30,814 nucleotides of DNA from a virus (IMGVR_UViG_3300032247_001180:1-30814), one strand, 5' to 3'; counted from the first letter of the stretch, positions 19,371 to 24,756 are shown. The notes: generated by a model not told the origin, from the letters alone. Numbers and translations: made by a program.

Positions 19371-19835
19371 ATGCCCGAAGCAAATACATTTATGATTGAA
19401 AACGCAAGAATTATATTTAGGAATTTTGAGGGTAAGGAGGGTCAGTACAATAGAAACGGCGACCGAAACTTTGCCGTTGTTATCCCCGACGAAAAAACTG
19501 CTCAGGATATGCTTAAGGACGGTTGGAACGTTAAATACCTTCAGCCTAGAGAAGAAGGAGATGACCCCACTCCTTATATCCAGGTCGCAGTTAGTTACAA
19601 AAACCGGCCTCCGCGTGTTGTGATGATGACAAGTATGGCTAGGACCATTCTGTCAGAGGACAACATCGAGATCCTTGATTGGGCTGATATAAAGTCATCG
19701 GATCTTATTTGCCGTGCCTATGAGTGGGATGTTAACGGTAAAACTGGTGTTAAAGCATATCTTCAGTCTCTTTTCGTTACTATCGAAGAAGATTATCTTG
19801 AGCGTAAATATGCGGTAAACGACCAAGAGGAGTAA
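19371..19835 (+). CDS. Probable single-stranded DNA-binding protein
   Basis: NARIIFRNF.G...YN..GDRNF and GVKAYLQSLFVTI motifs, acidic C-terminus, adjacent to the polymerase. Confidence 0.65.
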   Translation: MPEANTFMIENARIIFRNFEGKEGQYNRNGDRNFAVVIPDEKTAQDMLKDGWNVKYLQPREEGDDPTPYIQVAVSYKNRPPRVVMMTSMARTILSEDNIEILDWADIKSSDLICRAYEWDVNGKTGVKAYLQSLFVTIEEDYLERKYAVNDQEE

Positions 19836-19836
19836 T

Positions 19837-20124
19837 ATGTATCCGTACGATTTAACCCGGAATGCAAAGTTATTTGTTGCGGATTATATAAATAAAAAAA
19901 ATGAAGACGTGCATGAAATAGATCCTATAAAATTAGGAGAGCTTTCGATTGTTTGGTTTTCAAAAACAATAAACAATTGGGCTGCATTTATTGCGACTAA
20001 TATACCAAATGGTATTTATTACGAAGTTGGCTCTATTTCTAACAAAAATAATATTTATTTAAAAGAATATAAAATGACAGATAGTATCATTATAAACGAT
20101 ATAGAAAGTGAAACAAATGATTGA
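19837..20124 (+). CDS. DUF6275-like phage protein
   Basis: IVWFSKTINNW.A.I.T..PNGIYYEV motif. Confidence 0.65.
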   Translation: MYPYDLTRNAKLFVADYINKKNEDVHEIDPIKLGELSIVWFSKTINNWAAFIATNIPNGIYYEVGSISNKNNIYLKEYKMTDSIIINDIESETND

Positions 20125-20518
20125 TTATAACAATAAAACTCTTCAGAATGCAACTGATTCTGATCTTCCGTTTAGCCAGTTTGTCCGTACTCCTTTTTCG
20201 GTTGAAGCATTAATTATCACCGAGGAAAATATCGAGTCGGTTGCTCGACTGGTCGGGACTGTCAGGGTTAAAAATGATGAAAAGTATATTGCTTTGGACC
20301 GCCGTGTTGTTCCTAATATCAGCCGTGCTTATATCGGCTGGTATCTCACTCGTCTTGGAGATAACCTTCGCTGTTATTCTCCTAAAGTGTTTATGGAGCA
20401 GTTTGAGCCTATGCCAGACACGATGATTGTTCATTTTGATTTCAATAATGCTACGGATGAAGATCCTGGTTTTGTTGAAGCAACTGAGGACACTCTCAAC
20501 CAGATCACTTTTGAGTGA
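20117..20518 (+). CDS. Hypothetical protein
   Basis: ORF overlaps the upstream stop; start is ATG 20117 or GTG 20108. Confidence 0.7.
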   Translation: MIDYNNKTLQNATDSDLPFSQFVRTPFSVEALIITEENIESVARLVGTVRVKNDEKYIALDRRVVPNISRAYIGWYLTRLGDNLRCYSPKVFMEQFEPMPDTMIVHFDFNNATDEDPGFVEATEDTLNQITFE

Positions 20519-20525
20519 TAAATCG

Positions 20526-20683
20526 CCTGTGAAGGAAAACACAGGAATCTGAAAAAGCACGAAACGTGTATTTCAGAGGGAAAAAAACCCGTCGTTTATA
20601 CACCCTAAGGGAAGGGGGTTTAAACGGAAGAGGCGGATTGCGTAGTAATGACTAACCCTTCTAGTCAAAGCTACGCAATCCGC
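20526..20683 (+). ncRNA. Candidate structured RNA upstream of tRNA-Leu
   Basis: Consecutive hairpins CCTGTG/CACAGG, TCTGAAA/TTTCAGA, CGTTTA/TAAACG and a perfect 13-bp GCGGATTGCGTAG/CTACGCAATCCGC; no ORF. Confidence 0.45.
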
Positions 20684-20687
20684 ATAC

Positions 20688-20771
20688 GCTCGGATGGCGA
20701 AATTGGCAAACGCAGAAGACTTAAAATCTTCCGATGAAAACATCTTGCGGGTTCGAGCCCCGCTCCGAGCA
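20688..20771 (+). tRNA. tRNA-Leu (TAA)
   Basis: Acceptor GCTCGGA/TCCGAGC; anticodon arm GAAGA-CT TAA AA-TCTTC; long variable arm; T arm GCGGG-TTCGAGC-CCCGC; CCA not encoded. Confidence 0.93.
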
Positions 20772-20772
20772 C

Positions 20773-20801
20773 TCGCAAAAATAACAAGTTTTATAATGAG
20801 A
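20773..20801 (+). promoter_or_regulatory. Conserved promoter-like motif, copy 7
   Basis: TCGCA-aaaataACAagttt-TATAATGAGA. Confidence 0.8.
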
Positions 20802-20895
20802 TAGACCACCTATAAGAACTAAGGTTTTATAACTCGTACTTAGTTACGCTACGGCGGGTACGGCCCATACTTATACGTGGTTTATCTTTTTTTTT
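20799..20895 (+). ncRNA. Candidate multibranch small RNA driven by motif 7
   Basis: Closing stem AGATAGACCAC-c-TATAAG / CTTATA-c-GTGGTTTATCT; inner AACTAAG/CTTAGTT and CGC-TACG-GCG (UNCG tetraloop); ends in T9. Confidence 0.6.
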
Positions 20896-20917
20896 ATTTA
20901 TACCCGAAAGGAGCAAA

Positions 20918-21070
20918 ATGAAAACCCGTAATATTGGAGACTGGCTTTTGCCATTGATTTTTGTTGTGGTTGTTATTTTGTTTATGAATTTTTGGTCGGA
21001 TAAAACCGATCGAGAAATTGACGAGTATATCAAACAACATCCACAGTCAACAATGCTGGAAATGAAATAG
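20918..21070 (+). CDS. 50-aa single-TM protein (MKTRNIGDWLLPLIFVVVVILFMNFWSDK...)
   Basis: Translated by hand; GAAAGGAG RBS. Confidence 0.75.
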   Translation: MKTRNIGDWLLPLIFVVVVILFMNFWSDKTDREIDEYIKQHPQSTMLEMK

Positions 21071-21072
21071 CC

Positions 21073-21101
21073 TCGCAAAAAATACAAGCTGTATAATGAG
21101 A
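21073..21101 (+). promoter_or_regulatory. Conserved promoter-like motif, copy 8
   Basis: TCGCA-aaaaatACAagctg-TATAATGAGA. Confidence 0.8.
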
Positions 21102-21146
21102 AGGAGTGTATATATATCTATGATATTTATACACCTTTCTTTTTTT
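21099..21146 (+). terminator. Hairpin plus T-tract immediately after motif 8 (attenuator or tiny RNA)
   Basis: AGAAGG-a-GTGTATA-t-ATATC / GATAT-t-TATACAC-CTTTCT followed by Ts. Confidence 0.6.
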
Positions 21147-21174
21147 CTGTCAACCAACGATTAAGGAGACTCAA

Positions 21175-21501
21175 ATGGCAGAAAGTCAATACAAGAAGGA
21201 TCACATGCTGGTGCAGGTTCGTACGCTTCATCACGAGAACTTGACTAGTATTGCTAATAAATACGGAATCACGATCCGAAGCCTCGTGGACTTCATCTTG
21301 TCGGCGGCACTTTCCGATGCTGGAAATGCCGACGAGATCGGCAAGATCCTTAGGGATCGTCAGCGGAGTATCGATATCGCTACCTCGATGGGCAAGACGA
21401 AAAAGCTCATCGAACAGGAGCGTGAAAGGGCAGAAGCGCGCATTTCCAAACTCGAGGCAAGACTGGCCGAGTTGCAAGCAAAGTCGTCTGAGCGACTCTA
21501 A
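21175..21501 (+). CDS. Probable ribbon-helix-helix-like DNA-binding protein with C-terminal coiled coil
   Basis: Beta-strand MLVQV then helices HHENLTSIANKYG-ITIRSLVDFILSAAL; heptads LIEQERERAEARISKLEARLAELQ; AAGGAG RBS; GC-rich codons. Confidence 0.55.
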   Translation: MAESQYKKDHMLVQVRTLHHENLTSIANKYGITIRSLVDFILSAALSDAGNADEIGKILRDRQRSIDIATSMGKTKKLIEQERERAEARISKLEARLAELQAKSSERL

Positions 21502-21514
21502 ACAGGTCTTTAGG

Positions 21515-21696
21515 CTCAGAGCGTCCCAGGGAAACCTGGGGGTAGGCGCTGAGGGATACCGACGGGTAGATCCTCTGAAAAACTAGAATCGCTGGCATAC
21601 CCATTCTAGTTTAGTCTATAGAGTATGCAACTGGACAGATTGATCATCTGATCTGGGGGATAGTTGGGGGATTGATCACCCCCCGGCTATTTTTTT
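21515..21696 (+). ncRNA. Candidate structured RNA ending in an intrinsic terminator
   Basis: CCCAGG-GAAA-CCTGGG, TACC-GACG-GGTA, AACTAGAAT/ATTCTAGTT and CAGAT/ATCTG hairpins, then ATAGTTGGGGG/CCCCCGGCTAT plus a T-tract. Confidence 0.5.
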
Positions 21697-21770
21697 GCAC
21701 CTATAGCTCAGTTGGTTAGAGCAGGCGACTCATAATCGCTCGGCCCCAGGTTCAAGTCCTGGTGGGTGCA
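21697..21770 (+). tRNA. tRNA with CAT anticodon, probably Ile2 (lysidine-modified, reads ATA); elongator Met not excluded
   Basis: Cloverleaf with acceptor GCACCTA/TGGGTGC; anticodon arm GGCGA-CT CAT AA-TCGCT as in bacterial tRNA-Ile2; C4-G69 and C5-G68 pairs. Confidence 0.85.
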
Positions 21771-21774
21771 CTAT

Positions 21775-21871
21775 ATGGTAAGCTAAGCTGGGTCCAGTTA
21801 GTTAAGAAAAACCTGCTCGGCGATGAGTTAAGGCCTTCCTTATGGGCTAAGGTTTTTTGCTTACCATTTTT
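21775..21871 (+). ncRNA. Candidate multibranch structured RNA downstream of tRNA(CAT)
   Basis: Closing stem ATGGTAAGC/GCTTACCAT; inner AAAAACCT/AGGTTTTT enclosing two small hairpins. Confidence 0.45.
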
Positions 21872-21900
21872 CCAAACAACCACATAACAAGGAGATTGAA

Positions 21901-22203
21901 ATGAGTGACAACGTAATCGCAGCAACCGCATATTGCGATATGTGCGGGTTGGAGTCTCTGCTTGACGACTACAACAAAGAGTTGTTTGTTAATGGTATTG
22001 TTCTTTGTTTTGATGGTTATTATGGGGCGTTCCATGATAACATCGACAAAACTCCAAGAGCAAACTTGTGCCATGATTGCACTGCAACAATTTGGCGAAT
22101 GATTCCCAAGTTTTCAAAATTTGGCGCGAATCTTCACGCAGATTTGAACGCTGCAATGCCAAAGTACTCCGCAAGTTCATCTTGCTGCGAGTTCAGTAGT
22201 TAG
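21901..22203 (+). CDS. Cys-rich putative Zn-binding protein
   Basis: CDMC ... CHDC pairs; AAGGAG RBS. Confidence 0.7.
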   Translation: MSDNVIAATAYCDMCGLESLLDDYNKELFVNGIVLCFDGYYGAFHDNIDKTPRANLCHDCTATIWRMIPKFSKFGANLHADLNAAMPKYSASSSCCEFSS

Positions 22204-22209
22204 CAGTTC

Positions 22210-22282
22210 GCCCCTATAACTCAATAGGTAGAGTAGCGGCCTTTTAAGCCGACAGTTCTAGGTTCAAGTCCTAGTGGGGGCA
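22210..22282 (+). tRNA. tRNA-Lys (TTT)
   Basis: Acceptor GCCCCTA/TGGGGGC; anticodon arm CGGC-CT TTT AA-GCCG; T arm CTAGG-TTCAAGT-CCTAG. Confidence 0.9.
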
Positions 22283-22286
22283 CTAC

Positions 22287-22363
22287 CCGGAAGTAGCTCA
22301 GTTGGTTAGAGCGCGATTCTTATACAGTCGTGGTCGATGGTTCGATCCCATCCTTCCGGACCA
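22287..22363 (+). tRNA. tRNA-Ile (TAT), CCA encoded
   Basis: Acceptor CCGGAAG/CTTCCGG plus ACCA; anticodon arm CGATT-CT TAT AC-AGTCG; T arm GATGG-TTCGATC-CCATC. Confidence 0.88.
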
Positions 22364-22464
22364 AGCATAGATGTATTCAACTTCCGCCGGTTGAATTTCT
22401 ATGCTTTTGAAGCTGGGTCTCAGTCTAAACAGGTTCCGCCACCTATAGACTGAGGCCCGGCTTC
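22363..22464 (+). ncRNA. Twin hairpins with identical TCCGCC loops
   Basis: AAGCATAGA..ATTCAAC-tTCCGCCg-GTTGAAT.TCTATGCTT and GAAGCTGGGTCTCAGTCTA..AGGT-TCCGCC-ACCT.TAGACTGAGGCCCGGCTTC. Confidence 0.5.
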
Positions 22465-22503
22465 TTTCACACTTATTATTTTTTTTACACTGAAAGGAAA
22501 GCC

Positions 22504-22662
22504 ATGCAAGATATTATTGAAACATTAGTACGTCAGCATGATGAGCATATGAAGCACGCGTACAAACTTTTTCTAGAAGGGGAAGAAGTCGCAGAGTTAT
22601 GGGCGTACGGCGCCGGCCTTCAACACGCAATACGCACTTTACAGGACGCTTTTTTCGCATAA
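22504..22662 (+). CDS. 52-aa hypothetical protein (MQDIIETLVRQHDEHMKHAYKLF...)
   Basis: Translated by hand; GAAAGGAA RBS; its stop codon lies inside promoter motif 9. Confidence 0.7.
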   Translation: MQDIIETLVRQHDEHMKHAYKLFLEGEEVAELWAYGAGLQHAIRTLQDAFFA

Positions 22663-22683
22663 ATCACAAGGCGCATAATGAGG
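22655..22683 (+). promoter_or_regulatory. Conserved promoter-like motif, copy 9
   Basis: TCGCA-taaatcACAaggcg-CATAATGAGG. Confidence 0.8.
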
Positions 22684-22708
22684 ATTAACATCTAGGAAAG
22701 GAAGTACC

Positions 22709-22840
22709 ATGGGATTCATCATGGACGTACTGAACTCAGTGATCGATTTCCAAGTCAAGTATTGGCTCTGGGGATTCGTTCCGCTGATTGCATTTTACGT
22801 CGTGTTTGGAGTCATGTATTACTTGAACCGAAACAAGTAA
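22709..22840 (+). CDS. Cassette ORF: 43-aa single-TM peptide (MGFIMDVLNSVIDFQVKYWLWGFVPLIAFYVVFGVMYYLNRNK)
   Basis: Translated by hand; GGAAAGGAA RBS; cassette context. Confidence 0.8.
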   Translation: MGFIMDVLNSVIDFQVKYWLWGFVPLIAFYVVFGVMYYLNRNK

Positions 22841-22843
22841 TCC

Positions 22844-22878
22844 AAAAAGGAAACCCCTTAAACAAGGGTTTTCTTTTT
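22844..22878 (+). terminator. Conserved-loop hairpin/terminator
   Basis: AAAAAGGAAACCC-CTTAAACAA-GGGTTTTCTTTTT. Confidence 0.8.
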
Positions 22879-22897
22879 TATTATATTTAGGAGTTTT

Positions 22898-23323
22898 ATG
22901 CAAACATTTCTTCCGTATGATGATTTCAATAAATGCGCAGAAGTATTGGACATACGTAGACTTGGAAAACAGCGCGTTGAGACGTACCAGATCATGAATG
23001 TATTAGCAGGTTTGAATACTGGGTCTGGGTGGGTAAACCATCCTGCTGTAAAAATGTGGCGGGGGCATGAAGAATATCTTTTGTATTACCAAGAATCAAT
23101 AGTAAAAGAATGGTCCATTCTTGGATACAAAGATACATGTCTAGAAAAAACAAAAATGTCGTTTTCAAATATAAAAACAAAAATGTCAAAACCAGAATGG
23201 CTTGGTCTTGATATTTTGCACGCTTCTCATCGAAGTAACCTGTTGAGAAAAAATAAAGATTTCTACGGATTATATTCGTGGAAAGAACCAGATAATATGC
23301 CATATTATTGGCCAGTTAATTAA
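22898..23323 (+). CDS. Pyrimidine-dimer DNA glycosylase (endonuclease V / MSMEG_6728-like family)
   Basis: MQTFLPY...LD.RRLGKQRVE.YQI, HPAVKMWRG, PEWLG...HASHRSNLLRK and YYWP motifs. Confidence 0.82.
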   Translation: MQTFLPYDDFNKCAEVLDIRRLGKQRVETYQIMNVLAGLNTGSGWVNHPAVKMWRGHEEYLLYYQESIVKEWSILGYKDTCLEKTKMSFSNIKTKMSKPEWLGLDILHASHRSNLLRKNKDFYGLYSWKEPDNMPYYWPVN

Positions 23324-23331
23324 GGAGAAAC

Positions 23332-23544
23332 ATGGATACTATCACATATGAAACCACGCCTTGCCTGCATTGCAATAAAACATCAGAAGTAACAGTGTCT
23401 AAAGACGCTTTAGATGCTTGGCTTAACGGTATGTATATTCAAGACGCATTTCCTGATGAGTCTGCAGATACACGTGAACTTATTAAAACTGGAATGCACT
23501 CAGAATGTTGGGATGAAATTATGAACAAGGAGCTTTTTCGATGA
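23332..23544 (+). CDS. Small Cys/His-containing hypothetical phage protein
   Basis: CLHC...IQDAFP..SAD.RELIKTG.H.ECWD; AAGGAG RBS. Confidence 0.75.
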   Translation: MDTITYETTPCLHCNKTSEVTVSKDALDAWLNGMYIQDAFPDESADTRELIKTGMHSECWDEIMNKELFR

Positions 23545-23720
23545 ACAATTGGTATTTGTTAATAATTATTTCGCTCGGTTTTTTTAACAGCATGATTGTA
23601 GGGTATATGCTTGGTTTGAACCGAGGTTATAAAATCAGTAACGAAATTGAAGAAATGCAAGCGGACGTTAATTATAATGCTGGTTTTGTTGACGGGATGA
23701 GCGCTGCAAATGAGCTTTAA
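23541..23720 (+). CDS. 59-aa membrane protein (MNNWYLLIIISLGFFNSMIVGYMLG...)
   Basis: Translated by hand; ATGA overlap with the upstream gene; AAGGAG RBS. Confidence 0.7.
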   Translation: MNNWYLLIIISLGFFNSMIVGYMLGLNRGYKISNEIEEMQADVNYNAGFVDGMSAANEL

Positions 23721-23726
23721 TACCCC

Positions 23727-23755
23727 ACGCAAGATTTACCTAGTATATAATGAGG
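23727..23755 (+). promoter_or_regulatory. Conserved promoter-like motif, copy 10
   Basis: ACGCA-agatttACCtagta-TATAATGAGG. Confidence 0.75.
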
Positions 23756-23780
23756 TACTACTCTAGACGAAAGAGGGAAA

Positions 23781-23915
23781 ATGGAAATACTGCATGATTT
23801 TCTTAATCTGTTTCTGGAACTACTCGGGGCGCTTTTGGTCCTGATCGTTCTGATTCCGATTATGCTGCTCATTGCCGTAATCAACTTTCTTGATAACGAC
23901 AAAAAGAAGAAGTAG
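23781..23915 (+). CDS. Cassette ORF: 44-aa highly hydrophobic peptide (MEILHDFLNLFLELLGALLVLIVLIPIMLLIAVINFLDNDKKKK)
   Basis: Translated by hand; GAAAGAGGG RBS; cassette context. Confidence 0.8.
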   Translation: MEILHDFLNLFLELLGALLVLIVLIPIMLLIAVINFLDNDKKKK

Positions 23916-23918
23916 CTC

Positions 23919-23955
23919 AAAAGTTAAAGCTCTTTTTACAGGGGCTTTAACTTTT
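23919..23955 (+). terminator. Hairpin/terminator, loop variant
   Basis: AAAAGTTAAAGCTC-TTTTTACAG-GGGCTTTAACTTTT. Confidence 0.78.
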
Positions 23956-23957
23956 TC

Positions 23958-23986
23958 TCGCATAAATCACAAGGCACATTATGAGG
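23958..23986 (+). promoter_or_regulatory. Conserved promoter-like motif, copy 11
   Basis: TCGCA-taaatcACAaggca-CATTATGAGG, nearly identical to copy 9. Confidence 0.78.
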
Positions 23987-24013
23987 ACTAACCAACAACA
24001 AGGAGGAAGTAAA

Positions 24014-24127
24014 ATGGTGAAGAAGATCAAGAGGGCTTACTACGAAGTGCGTTTTATGAACGCATCTGAACGTGGTGACCTGGCAGATTCATTCATCTAT
24101 TTTCACAAGATGAAGAGTTGTCTTTAA
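24014..24127 (+). CDS. Cassette ORF: 37-aa basic soluble peptide (MVKKIKRAYYEVRFMNASERGDLADSFIYFHKMKSCL)
   Basis: Translated by hand; AAGGAGG RBS; cassette context. Confidence 0.75.
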   Translation: MVKKIKRAYYEVRFMNASERGDLADSFIYFHKMKSCL

Positions 24128-24131
24128 ACTC

Positions 24132-24168
24132 AAAAAGGAAAACCCCTTAAACAAGGGTTTTCTTTTTT
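24132..24168 (+). terminator. Conserved-loop hairpin/terminator
   Basis: AAAAAGGAAAACCC-CTTAAACAA-GGGTTTTCTTTTTT. Confidence 0.8.
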
Positions 24169-24196
24169 CGCAGGTTATACACGTTATATAATGAGG
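24168..24196 (+). promoter_or_regulatory. Conserved promoter-like motif, copy 12
   Basis: TCGCA-ggttatACAcgtta-TATAATGAGG. Confidence 0.8.
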
Positions 24197-24222
24197 TATT
24201 AACCACTACGAAAGGAAACAAA

Positions 24223-24381
24223 ATGTTTCGAACCATGAAGGGTGCGATTAGCGCGACCGCTGAAGGGGCCAAGTTCGGCTTCGTCACGTTCGTGTTCTTT
24301 TCGCTCTGTGCATTCGCGTTCGGAGTCATCAAGTTCGCTTTTAACTTGATGGTGAATACGATCAGTAAGGCAACCCGTTAA
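24223..24381 (+). CDS. Cassette ORF: 52-aa Phe-rich TM peptide (MFRTMKGAISATAEGAKFGFVTFVFFSLCAFAFGVIKFAFNLMVNTISKATR)
   Basis: Translated by hand; CTACGAAAGGAA RBS; stop codon falls in the loop of the closing hairpin. Confidence 0.78.
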   Translation: MFRTMKGAISATAEGAKFGFVTFVFFSLCAFAFGVIKFAFNLMVNTISKATR

Positions 24382-24397
24382 CACGGGTTGTTTTACT
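24364..24397 (+). terminator. Hairpin/terminator, loop variant
   Basis: AGTAAGGCAACCCG-TTAACA-CGGGTTGTTTTACT. Confidence 0.75.
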
Positions 24398-24401
24398 TTT
24401 C

Positions 24402-24430
24402 TCGCACAAAAAACATCCTTCATAATGAGG
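24402..24430 (+). promoter_or_regulatory. Conserved promoter-like motif, copy 13
   Basis: TCGCA-caaaaaACAtcctt-CATAATGAGG. Confidence 0.8.
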
Positions 24431-24459
24431 TTAACATTCACTTAATCGGAGGTAATCAG

Positions 24460-24717
24460 ATGGAAAACCAAGAACTCGTTCAAGCAGAATGCTATAAGGT
24501 CATTCGAAAAGAAGAACGTAGACTGACGGAAAAATATTCGTCAACTCCAGAATCAACCGCAACTGATCTTTACAGGTCAGGCATTGCTGTTGGGGCTGAA
24601 GTTGTGGCGAATATGATCCTTAGTCTTGTCGAGATTTCGGATGCGCAAAGGCAAAAGCTTGTTGCCGAGCTTTCGGGTTTTTACAATCTTAACTTCATCG
24701 AAGTTAAATTTTTTTAA
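24460..24717 (+). CDS. Cassette ORF: 85-aa hypothetical protein (MENQELVQAEC...)
   Basis: ATG after GGAGGT RBS; true start lies within track ORF 24388..24717. Confidence 0.75.
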   Translation: MENQELVQAECYKVIRKEERRLTEKYSSTPESTATDLYRSGIAVGAEVVANMILSLVEISDAQRQKLVAELSGFYNLNFIEVKFF

Positions 24718-24719
24718 CC

Positions 24720-24756
24720 AAAAAGGAAAACCCCTTAAACAAGGGTTTTCTTTTTT
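24720..24756 (+). terminator. Conserved-loop hairpin/terminator
   Basis: AAAAAGGAAAACCC-CTTAAACAA-GGGTTTTCTTTTTT, identical to 24132..24168. Confidence 0.8.

Noticed and set aside
989-21586. Alternative-frame + strand ORFs (989, 14030, 16493, 17819, 18035, 19396, 20241, 21251)
   Set aside because: They are nested in longer motif-bearing genes and lack RBS support.
21810-21860. Hammerhead ribozyme (CGATGAG resembles CUGAUGA)
   Set aside because: The core does not match CUGANGA and there is no correctly placed GAAA.
23727-24756. CRISPR array interpretation of the regularly recurring hairpin-plus-motif repeats
   Set aside because: The intervals are 100-300 nt, carry RBS-led ORFs and vary in length. 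The repeats are degenerate and there is no cas operon.
9707-24756. Classical integron (attC sites and IntI)
   Set aside because: No tyrosine or serine recombinase was recognised in the window, the hairpins lack clear attC R/L box architecture, and each cassette has its own promoter-like motif.
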